From positions 64,001-128,000 of the forward strand of contig JASGJN010000025.1 in assembly GCA_049840735.1 (NCBI GenBank): a stretch of 64,000 nt of DNA, written 5' to 3'. Source of the stretch: Anaeromyxobacter sp. GTDB lineage: Bacteria > Myxococcota > Myxococcia > Myxococcales > Anaeromyxobacteraceae. Below are positions 9,667 to 17,434 of this stretch, piece after piece. Under the pieces are notes generated by a model that was not told the DNA's origin, did not search any database, and saw only the letters and a program-made list of their open reading frames with translations. Positions within the stretch are counted from its first letter, which is position 1; each line of letters opens with the position of its first letter. A program made the position numbers and the translations under genes.

Positions 9667-10254
9667 CTACACCCCGCTCATCGGCGGAGGCGGCACCTCC
9701 AGGCGCTGGGCCACGGTGGACGCCGTTGCCTCCCCGAAGAGTGTCTCCACGGCCGCCAGGAAGCTGAGCTTGAACATCTCGGCCGAGCCGATGACCTGCG
9801 TGCGGCTCTCGTGGTAACGGGCCACGAGCGTATCGAGGTCCAGCGCCTGGACCGCGTGCACGTCCGCGATGCCCTGCAGGTCGTGCGCGTAGCCGCGCGC
9901 GATCTTCATGAGCGCGAGGTCGTGCCGCTCGGGCACGAAGACCTGGAGCTGGCGCAGTCCAGACAGCTCGAGGTGCAGACAGCGGTCCTCGTAGGAATAG
10001 GGCGGCTGGAAGATCCCGGCGGTCTCGATGGGCACGGGTTCGTGGGCCCGGAGACGGGCGCGATCCACGGCTGCCCAGAAGGCCTCGCCCTGGCCAGGCG
10101 TGAGGTCGATGTCAGTCGTTGCGTGCCGGGTGTCGTAGAGCAGGCCAATGGCTGCACCGCCGATCACGGTGATGCGTGTCGGCCGAGTGAGCTCCGCGTC
10201 CAGGACCCGCAGGAACCCGGCGAGCGCCTCGTAGCCGTAGCTACGTCGCGCCAT
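9667..10254 (-). CDS. DUF6036/AbiEii-like nucleotidyltransferase
   Basis: Pol-beta NTase signature VIGGAAI...ATTDID, plus LALMKIARG..HD as in AbiEii-like proteins. Confidence 0.8.
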   Translation of the reverse strand: MARRSYGYEALAGFLRVLDAELTRPTRITVIGGAAIGLLYDTRHATTDIDLTPGQGEAFWAAVDRARLRAHEPVPIETAGIFQPPYSYEDRCLHLELSGLRQLQVFVPERHDLALMKIARGYAHDLQGIADVHAVQALDLDTLVARYHESRTQVIGSAEMFKLSFLAAVETLFGEATASTVAQRLEVPPPPMSGV

Positions 10255-11011
10255 GCTTCCTCAGCGTCTCCCGGAACGCGTCCTCGGGCATGTTCAGGTA
10301 GAACTTCCACCGGGCAGCGCTGGCGGGGGTGCGCAGTCGCGCCAGCTTGCGATCGGCCGGCCCGTGGACGGGCAGGAAGAAGCGCTCGCGCTTCCTGCGG
10401 CCATCCGCGAGCTGGGCAGCCTCTCGTCGCAGCGCCGGGAGCCCTGCCACGTCGCTGGTGAGATCCAGGAGCATCCCAAGCTCCGCCTTGAGGTTGAGGC
10501 GGCGGGCGCGCTCCCGCAGGTCCGTCCAGTCCAGGTCGCCCGCGTGCTTCGCCAGCACCACCGGGAGGACCCGCAGGACCGTGGCGTCCGTGCGCGCGAG
10601 CTTCAGCGCGCGCACCAGGGTCTCCGCCAGCGGGTAGTGCCGGCGAGGCTCGTCCCCGAGCAGCGGGGCCCCGAAGGCGGTCAGGGACTCGCGAACGGCG
10701 CGCTGCTCCACCGTGGCCGCATCGGCGTCCGGCTTCGCTGAGCTCACCAGGCGTTTGAGCGCGGCCGCGACGGGGTGCTTGGGGTTCACGCGGATGAGGT
10801 GTGCGGGGCCGACGGCCTTGACCTCGAGGAGCCCGGCGTCGAGGAGCTTCTCGACCTCGACCGACACGGCTCGCGTCGTCAGGTGGGCGCGCCTCGCGAG
10901 CTCGCTCATCGATGCGGAGGAGACCTGCCCAGAGAACAGGGTCTCCAGGAGCGCTCGGCGCGCCTTGGACGGAAACAGCGCCCGGAGCGCGGTGCTCTCC
11001 TCCGACCCCAT
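10241..11011 (-). CDS. Winged-helix (ArsR/MarR-like) N-terminal protein, putative antitoxin/regulator of the NTase
   Basis: LFPSKARRALL...MSELARRAHLTTRAVSVEVEKLLDAGLL. Overlaps the NTase start by 14 bp. ATG at 11011. Confidence 0.75.
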   Translation of the reverse strand: MGSEESTALRALFPSKARRALLETLFSGQVSSASMSELARRAHLTTRAVSVEVEKLLDAGLLEVKAVGPAHLIRVNPKHPVAAALKRLVSSAKPDADAATVEQRAVRESLTAFGAPLLGDEPRRHYPLAETLVRALKLARTDATVLRVLPVVLAKHAGDLDWTDLRERARRLNLKAELGMLLDLTSDVAGLPALRREAAQLADGRRKRERFFLPVHGPADRKLARLRTPASAARWKFYLNMPEDAFRETLRKHGAT

Positions 11012-11018
11012 GCAGGCG

Positions 11019-11047
11019 AAAGTGCTACTTGAGGTATCAGATGTCAA
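11019..11047 (-). promoter_or_regulatory. Sigma70-type promoter of the wHTH-NTase pair (leaderless)
   Basis: TTGACA-17 bp-CACTTT, then 7 nt to ATG 11011. No Shine-Dalgarno. Confidence 0.65.
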
Positions 11048-11169
11048 CCGCAGGCGAGTGACCATATCCGCCTGTTTCAAGAAGGTGGGTGCCCCCCGGG
11101 GCATCCCAGGAACGAAGACTCCGACCGCCTCGCGGCGATCGGGGTCCCGAGCCCGGCGCGCCGCGCTCG

Positions 11170-12363
11170 CTACACCAGCACGAGCTTCGCGATCTCCGGC
11201 GGCGAGCCGAGGCGCATGGGCGGGCCCCAGAAGCCGGTGCCGCGGTGGACGTAGATCTGGCCGCGGCGCTCGCCCTCGACGTGCGTGTGGAGGCCGCGGA
11301 CGTACGGGGTGCTGGCGGCCACCAGCAGGTTGAAGGGGATGATCTGGCCGCCGTGGGTGTGGCCGGAGAGCTGGAGGTCGGCGCCGGCGGCCACGGCGGC
11401 CTCGACGCCCCGCGGCTGGTGGGCGAGCAGGACCAGGGGCTTCTCGGGGTCGCGGCCGGCGAACGCGGTCGCGATGTTGGCGGGGTGGTCGTCGCGGGCG
11501 GCGCCGTAGTCCTCCACGCCGGCCAGCTCGAAGCTGGCGCCGGGCTCGCCGATGGTGGCGCGCTGGTTGCGCAGCACGCGGAAGCCGAGCTGGCGCAGCT
11601 TGGCCACCCAGGCGTCGGCGCCGGAGTAGTAGTCGTGGTTGCCGGTCACGAACCAGACGCCGTGCCGCGCCTGGAGCCGGCCCAGCAGGTCCACGTAACG
11701 CCCCAGGTCCTCCACGCTCCCGTCCACCAGGTCGCCGGTGATGGCGATGAGGTCGGGGCGCAGGCCGTTGGTCTGCTCCACCACCCGCCGCACCTCGCGC
11801 TCCTGGATCAGCGGGCCGACGTGCAGGTCGGAGATCTGGGCGATGGTGTAGCCGGAGAGCGCGCGGGGCAGCCGCTCCAGCTTCACCGGCACCTCCTCCA
11901 CCTGCGCCGGGCCGGTGGCGCTGCGGAAGGCCAGCGCGGTGGCGCCGCCGCCGGCCAGGAGCGCGCCGCCGGCGGCCACGCGGGCCACGAAGGCGCGGCG
12001 GGCCGGATCGGCCGGGGCCTCGGGCTGGCTGCGGAGCCAGTCGGAGAGGAGCGTCATGCCCTGCGCGGCCAGCCGGGCCAGGTCGAAGGCGGCCACGGCG
12101 CAGCAGAGGATGAAGCAGACGCCCAGCCAGCTGAAGGCGATGATGGGGAAGAACCGCTGGACCCAGCCCGAGCCGATGCGCACCGCGAACATGCCGGCCG
12201 GGACGGCGATGGCCAGCAGCACCACCAGCACCGTGGCCAGCCGGCGCCAGGGCTCGCCCAGGCCCGGGTCGCGGACCAGGCGCGCCCACAGGTACCAGTG
12301 CATGCCCGCGACGATGCCGAGGGCGACGGCCAGGAAGGCCAGGATGGAGAGGGTGCGCGGCAT
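11170..12363 (-). CDS. Membrane-anchored metallophosphoesterase (YkuE-like)
   Basis: Three TM helices, then DLH, GDLVD, GNHD, HQP and GHTHGGQ motifs. ATG at 12363. Confidence 0.92.
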   Translation of the reverse strand: MPRTLSILAFLAVALGIVAGMHWYLWARLVRDPGLGEPWRRLATVLVVLLAIAVPAGMFAVRIGSGWVQRFFPIIAFSWLGVCFILCCAVAAFDLARLAAQGMTLLSDWLRSQPEAPADPARRAFVARVAAGGALLAGGGATALAFRSATGPAQVEEVPVKLERLPRALSGYTIAQISDLHVGPLIQEREVRRVVEQTNGLRPDLIAITGDLVDGSVEDLGRYVDLLGRLQARHGVWFVTGNHDYYSGADAWVAKLRQLGFRVLRNQRATIGEPGASFELAGVEDYGAARDDHPANIATAFAGRDPEKPLVLLAHQPRGVEAAVAAGADLQLSGHTHGGQIIPFNLLVAASTPYVRGLHTHVEGERRGQIYVHRGTGFWGPPMRLGSPPEIAKLVLV

Positions 12364-12416
12364 CCGCGTAGCTCTAACGGACCTGCGGGCGGGGTGCCAG
12401 CGGGCAGGTGTCGCGC

Positions 12417-13172
12417 CTACCGCTCCACCATCAGCGTCGTGCTCGACTTCGTGGCGCCCCGCTCGCCGCCCCCCTCGCTGTGCTGGTCGAACTCGCGGCG
12501 GGTCACGACCAGCCGGTCGCCCACGTGCGCGAAGCGGTAGCGCTCCTGCTGCACGGAGGAGAAGCCGATCACCAGCATGGCGCGGCCGCTCGCCTTGACG
12601 CGCACCTCGGCCGCCAGCGGCACGCCGTCCTGGCCCAGCCAGAGGGACATGGTGGCGTCCAGCTCCTTCACGTACTTGCGCTGGCTGGCCGGGAGGTCCG
12701 GGTCGAGCCTCAGGCGGAGCAGCCGGGCCGGGGCGCCGTCCAGCGGCTCGTCCCGGGCCTCGAGCACGGTAGCGCGGTCCAGGTCGTGGCGCAGCTCGGC
12801 CGCGCCGTCGAGCAGGCGCGCGCAGGAGGCCGCGTCCAGGTCGGACATGGCGTCCATGACCGGCGTGCGCGCGTCGGCGTCGGCCGCGCGCCGGTCGCGC
12901 TCGCGGTGCAGCTCGTCCAGCGCTTCGCGCCCCCAGGTCACGGTGAGGCCGTCGGCGCCGGCCGCCAGGTGGGCGCGGGCTGGGGTGGCCTGACCGGTGG
13001 GCGCCGGCTGGCCGTCGCGCTGCCGCTCGAACCGGTGCTCGACCTGGGCGCGGATCGGCGCCGTGCCGGGCAGGGCGTCCAGCGTGGCCCGGAGCGCATC
13101 CAGCGGGGCCTGCGACAGGGCGGCGGGTGAGGCCAGCAGGCCGGCGGAGAGCAGCAGCGCGCTCAGGGTCAT
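12417..13172 (-). CDS. Exported hypothetical protein
   Basis: Signal-peptide-like N-terminus, host-like codon usage, beta-rich C-terminus. Confidence 0.7.
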   Translation of the reverse strand: MTLSALLLSAGLLASPAALSQAPLDALRATLDALPGTAPIRAQVEHRFERQRDGQPAPTGQATPARAHLAAGADGLTVTWGREALDELHRERDRRAADADARTPVMDAMSDLDAASCARLLDGAAELRHDLDRATVLEARDEPLDGAPARLLRLRLDPDLPASQRKYVKELDATMSLWLGQDGVPLAAEVRVKASGRAMLVIGFSSVQQERYRFAHVGDRLVVTRREFDQHSEGGGERGATKSSTTLMVER

Positions 13173-13330
13173 GGAGGGTCTCCCAGGCCCCGGAACGCCC
13201 GGGCGGGCAGGGCATTCCCGGACTTCACCTCCAGAAAAGCGGAGGCCGCGCCCCGGTCCTCCTCCGGACCAGGTGCGCGGCCTCCCGGGACCACCCGCGG
13301 CGCCCCGGGCGCCGCAGGTGGCCGCCCCGG

Positions 13331-13738
13331 CTACCGCCAGGCCGTCATGTTCAGCGACTGCCAGCGGCGGTCCAGCTCGGCGCGCTGCGCCATGTACCAG
13401 CGGTCGTAGCGGACCAGCTTGCGCGGGTGGAAGGCCCAGCGCGCGTGGAAGGCGTTGCGGTCGGCCTCGAGGCGGGCGTACTCGGCGCGCAGCTCGTTCC
13501 GCTGGTGCTCACGCCAGGCGGTGTGGCGGAAGCCGGGGCGGTGGTCGGGGCGATGGTCCGGCCGGTACTCCGGGCGGACGCTGACGTTGGCCGCGACCCA
13601 GGCGCCGGCGGGCGGCGGGGGCTGCACCACCACCACCGGCGCGGGGGCCGGGCGGCGGTCGTCGTCGCAGGGGTGCGCGGCGGCGGGAAGGGCGAGGGCG
13701 GCGAGGGCGGCGACTGCGGCGAGCTTCGGGGCGTTCAT
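13331..13738 (-). CDS. Exported hypothetical protein (Arg/Pro-rich)
   Basis: Signal peptide MNAPKLAAVAALAALALPAAA. GGAGGAG RBS upstream. Confidence 0.7.
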   Translation of the reverse strand: MNAPKLAAVAALAALALPAAAHPCDDDRRPAPAPVVVVQPPPPAGAWVAANVSVRPEYRPDHRPDHRPGFRHTAWREHQRNELRAEYARLEADRNAFHARWAFHPRKLVRYDRWYMAQRAELDRRWQSLNMTAWR

Positions 13739-13797
13739 CGTTCTCCTCCGGTGACTCTCACGTACTCACCGGAGGGACGGGCCGGGCCGCCGGATAT

Positions 13798-14145
13798 TCA
13801 CGGCCGCGCGGAGCGGCTCTCCCGCAGCCGTTCCAGCTTGGCCGCCACGATGAAGTCGTTCTCCGAGAGGCCGCCCACCGAGTGGGTCCAGAGCGTCACG
13901 TCCACGGTGCTGTAGTGGACGGTGAAGTCCGGGTGGTGCCCCTCCGCCTCGGCCAGGTCGGCCAGCGCGTTCACGAACTCCATGGCCTGGACGAAGTCCT
14001 TGAACCTGAACTCCTTGTGCAGCTTGCCGTGGCCGTCGCGGACGTCCCAGCCCTGGAGCGAGCGGGCCGCCTCCTCCACCTGGGCCGGGGTCATGGCGGG
14101 CGTGCCGCCCTCGCAGGGGACGCAGCGCTTCTGGGTGAAGTCCAT
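13798..14145 (-). CDS. phhB: Pterin-4-alpha-carbinolamine dehydratase
   Basis: KRCVPCEGG, AEAEGHHPD and WTHSVGGLSENDFIVAAK. Confidence 0.92.
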   Translation of the reverse strand: MDFTQKRCVPCEGGTPAMTPAQVEEAARSLQGWDVRDGHGKLHKEFRFKDFVQAMEFVNALADLAEAEGHHPDFTVHYSTVDVTLWTHSVGGLSENDFIVAAKLERLRESRSARP

Positions 14146-14258
14146 GCCGCAGCCTCTGCGGGCGCGCCCGGCCCCGCGCAAGGCCAAGGCGGGACCTCTG
14201 GCGCCCACGGGCGAGAGGACGTTCACCCCGGCCGGCGCGGCTGGCATACTCGCCCGCC

Positions 14259-14630
14259 ATGGTCCGGCTCTTCCTGGTGGCGGGTGCGATCTCTGGGGCG
14301 GTGGCGGTGGCGGCGGGCGCGTTCGGGGCCCACGCCCTGAAGGCCCGGCTCGCGCCCGACCTGCTGGCCGTCTTCCAGACCGGCGCGCAGTACCAGATGT
14401 ACCACGCGCTCGCACTGCTGGCGGCGGGCTGGGTGGCCGCGCGGGCGCCCGGCGGCGCGTCCACGGTGGCCGGCGTCGGCTTCCTGCTCGGCACCGTGCT
14501 CTTCTCCGGCAGCCTCTACGCGCTGGCGCTCTCCGGCGTGCGCGGGCTGGGGGCCATCACGCCGCTGGGCGGCGTGGCCTTCATCGCGGGGTGGGTGGCG
14601 CTCGCCTTCGCCGCCCTGCGCGCCGGCTGA
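14259..14630 (+). CDS. DUF423 (YgdD-like) membrane protein
   Basis: GAFGAHAL, YQMYHALALL, LFSGSLY and ITPLGG. Confidence 0.92.
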   Translation: MVRLFLVAGAISGAVAVAAGAFGAHALKARLAPDLLAVFQTGAQYQMYHALALLAAGWVAARAPGGASTVAGVGFLLGTVLFSGSLYALALSGVRGLGAITPLGGVAFIAGWVALAFAALRAG

Positions 14631-14725
14631 GGGCGTCCGGACCCGCGTCCCACGCGGACGGTGCGCCCGCGGCGTGCCGCGGCGCTCGCCTGGCGAGCCC
14701 CGGCCGTGGCAGAGTCGCTCTCCGC

Positions 14726-16036
14726 ATGTCCGATCCCGCCACCGCGAAGCCGCGCTTCCCGCCGTCCATCAAGTTCCTGGCCTGGAACGAGGCCGCCGAG
14801 CGGTTCTCGTACTACGGGATGGCCTCCATCCTGTCGATCTACATGCGGGACCACCTCGGCCTGGCGGAGCACGAGGCCACCGCCTGGTACCAGGTCTTCG
14901 TGGCCGCGGTGTACCTGACCCCGCTGGCCGGCGCGATCCTCTCCGACGTGCTGTGGGGGCGCTACCGCACCATCCTCTGGCTGTCGCTCGGCTACGTCGC
15001 CGGCCACGCCACGCTGGCGCTGTGGGAGACGGGCTGGGGGCTGGCGGCGGGGCTCGGCCTCATCGCCGCCGGCGCCGGCGGCATCAAGCCCTGCGCGTCC
15101 GCCTTCGCCGGCGATCAGCTCCCGCCCGGCGACGACACGCTGCTGCAGCGGCTCTACAACCTCTACTACTGGATGATCAACATCGGCTCCACGGTGGGCA
15201 CGATCGTCATCCCGCTCCTGCTGGTCACCGCCGGCCCGTCCACGGCCTTCGGCGTGCCGGGCCTGGCCATGGCGGCGGCGCTCCTCATCTTCTGGATCGG
15301 CCGCTCCACCTACAAGCACGTGCCCCCGGCCATCGACCGGAGCGCCGCGCCCGGGCCCGCCGACGGCGACCCGAGCTGGCGGGTGGTCCTCCGCATCATC
15401 GCGGTGTTCCTGCCGGTCTCGACCTTCTGGGCGCTCTTCTTCCAGTACGGCTCGGCCTGGACCTTCCAGGCGGACGCGATGGCGCGGCACGTGCTCGGCG
15501 TGGAGCTGCAGGCGGCGCAGGTCACCACCCTCAACGCCATCTCGGTGCTGACGCTCATCCCGGTCTTCTCGCTCTGGATCTACCCCGCGGTGGAGCGGCT
15601 GGGCGTCAAGGCCACCGCGCTGCGCAAGATGAGCGTGGGGATGTTCGTGGCGGTGCTCTCCTTCGTGGCCGCGGCCCTGGTGGAGGCCGCGCTCCAGCAC
15701 GCCAAGGCGACCGGCGCCGCGCCGCCGCACGTGGCCTGGCAGGTGCCGCAGTACGTGCTCATGGCCGCGGCCGAGGTGCTGGTCTCGGTGACCGCGCTCG
15801 AGTTCGCCTTCGCCCAGGCGCCGGCCCGGCTGAAGAGCGTGATCATGGGCATCTGGTACCTGACCATCGCCTCCGGCTCGATCACCACCGCCATCGTGGC
15901 CAGGCTCAACCGCTACCAGGGCGTGGCCTACTACGCCTTCTTCGCGGAGCTGATGCTGGGCGGCGCGGTCCTCTTCGCGCTGGTCGCCTGGTGGTACCCG
16001 GTCCGGCGCGCCGCGGCGGCGCAGCCGGCGGCCTAG
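14726..16036 (+). CDS. POT/PTR family proton-dependent oligopeptide transporter
   Basis: NEAAERFSYYG (ExxERF), GGIKP and YYWMINIGS. ATG at 14726. Confidence 0.92.
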   Translation: MSDPATAKPRFPPSIKFLAWNEAAERFSYYGMASILSIYMRDHLGLAEHEATAWYQVFVAAVYLTPLAGAILSDVLWGRYRTILWLSLGYVAGHATLALWETGWGLAAGLGLIAAGAGGIKPCASAFAGDQLPPGDDTLLQRLYNLYYWMINIGSTVGTIVIPLLLVTAGPSTAFGVPGLAMAAALLIFWIGRSTYKHVPPAIDRSAAPGPADGDPSWRVVLRIIAVFLPVSTFWALFFQYGSAWTFQADAMARHVLGVELQAAQVTTLNAISVLTLIPVFSLWIYPAVERLGVKATALRKMSVGMFVAVLSFVAAALVEAALQHAKATGAAPPHVAWQVPQYVLMAAAEVLVSVTALEFAFAQAPARLKSVIMGIWYLTIASGSITTAIVARLNRYQGVAYYAFFAELMLGGAVLFALVAWWYPVRRAAAAQPAA

Positions 16037-16045
16037 AGGGCACCG

Positions 16046-17434
16046 ATGGCGAGCGACCGCTACCCGCCGCAGATCAAGTACATCGTCGGGAACGAGGCCT
16101 GCGAGCGCTTCTCCTTCTACGGCGTGAGCTCGATCCTGGTCCTCTACATGGGCCAGTTCCTGCTCTACGGGAAGCAGGAGGCGACCGCCATCTACCACCT
16201 GTTCGTGGCGGTCAGCTACCTGACGCCGATGGTGGGCGGGTACGTGGCCGACCGGCTCACCGGGCGCTACGCGGTCATCCTCTACGTCTCGCTGGCCTAC
16301 GTCCTGGGCCACGCGGTGCTGGCCCTCTGGGAGACGCGGGTCGGGCTGTGGGTGGGGCTGCTGCTCATCGCGGCCGGCGCGGGCGGCATCAAGCCCTGCG
16401 TCTCGGCCTTCGTGGGGGACCAGTTCCCGCCGGACCGGAAGCGGCTCCTGGAGCGCGTCTACGGCTGGTTCTACTGGATCATCAACCTCGGCTCGGCCTC
16501 GGCCAAGTCGCTCATCCCCTGGCTCATGAAGGATCACGGGCCGGCGATGGCCTTCGCGCCGCCCGGGATCGCCATGGCCCTGGCGGTGGTGGTATTCTGG
16601 GTGGGCCGCCGGCACTACGTGCGCACGCCGCCCTCCGGCCCCAACCCGCACGCCTTCCTCAAGGTCACCTTCCACGCCCTGCGCCGCGCCGGCACCGGCC
16701 GCGCCGGGGAGCACTGGCTGGACGTGGCGCGGGACCAGCACCCGGCCGATGCGGTGGAGGGCGCCAAGTCGGTCTACCGGCTGCTGGGGATCTTCGCCGC
16801 CGTGACCCTCTTCTGGTCGCTCTTCGACCAGAAGTCCTCGCGCTGGGTCCAGCAGGCGCAGCAGATGGACCTGACCTTCTTCGGCCGCGAGGTCTCGCCG
16901 GCGCAGATCCAGGTCATGAACCCGCTGCTGGTGATGGCGCTCATCCCGCTCTTCACCTGGGGGGTGTTCCCGCTGCTGGAGCGGTGGGGCGTGCGGCTCA
17001 CGCCGCTGCGCAAGATGACCGCGGGGATGTTCGTGACCGTGCTCTCCTTCGTGGCCTCTGCCACGGTGCAGACGCTGCTCGACGGCGGCCAGCAGCTGCA
17101 CGCGCTCTGGCAGGCGCCGCAGTACCTGCTGCTCACCTCCGCCGAGGTGCTGGTCTCGGTCACCGGCCTCGAGTTCGCGTACACCCAGGCGCCGCGGGCC
17201 ATGCGCAGCACCATCATGTCCTTCTGGTTCCTGACCGTGTTCCTGGGCAACCTGCTGGTGAGCGCGCTCAACCTGCTGCTCCGGCTCGACGGCGCGCCCT
17301 ACTACTGGGTCTTCGCCGTGCTGATGCTGCTGGCCGCGCTGGCCTTCCAGTGGGTGGCCCGGCGCTACCGCCCGGTCGAGGCCCCGGCGCCGACGCCGGC
17401 CGCCGCCGGCTCCTCCGGCACGCCGTCCACGTAG
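16046..17434 (+). CDS. POT/PTR family oligopeptide transporter (tandem paralog)
   Basis: NEACERFSFYG, GGIKPCVSAFVGDQF, FYWIINLGS and GLEFAYTQAP. Confidence 0.93.
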   Translation: MASDRYPPQIKYIVGNEACERFSFYGVSSILVLYMGQFLLYGKQEATAIYHLFVAVSYLTPMVGGYVADRLTGRYAVILYVSLAYVLGHAVLALWETRVGLWVGLLLIAAGAGGIKPCVSAFVGDQFPPDRKRLLERVYGWFYWIINLGSASAKSLIPWLMKDHGPAMAFAPPGIAMALAVVVFWVGRRHYVRTPPSGPNPHAFLKVTFHALRRAGTGRAGEHWLDVARDQHPADAVEGAKSVYRLLGIFAAVTLFWSLFDQKSSRWVQQAQQMDLTFFGREVSPAQIQVMNPLLVMALIPLFTWGVFPLLERWGVRLTPLRKMTAGMFVTVLSFVASATVQTLLDGGQQLHALWQAPQYLLLTSAEVLVSVTGLEFAYTQAPRAMRSTIMSFWFLTVFLGNLLVSALNLLLRLDGAPYYWVFAVLMLLAALAFQWVARRYRPVEAPAPTPAAAGSSGTPST

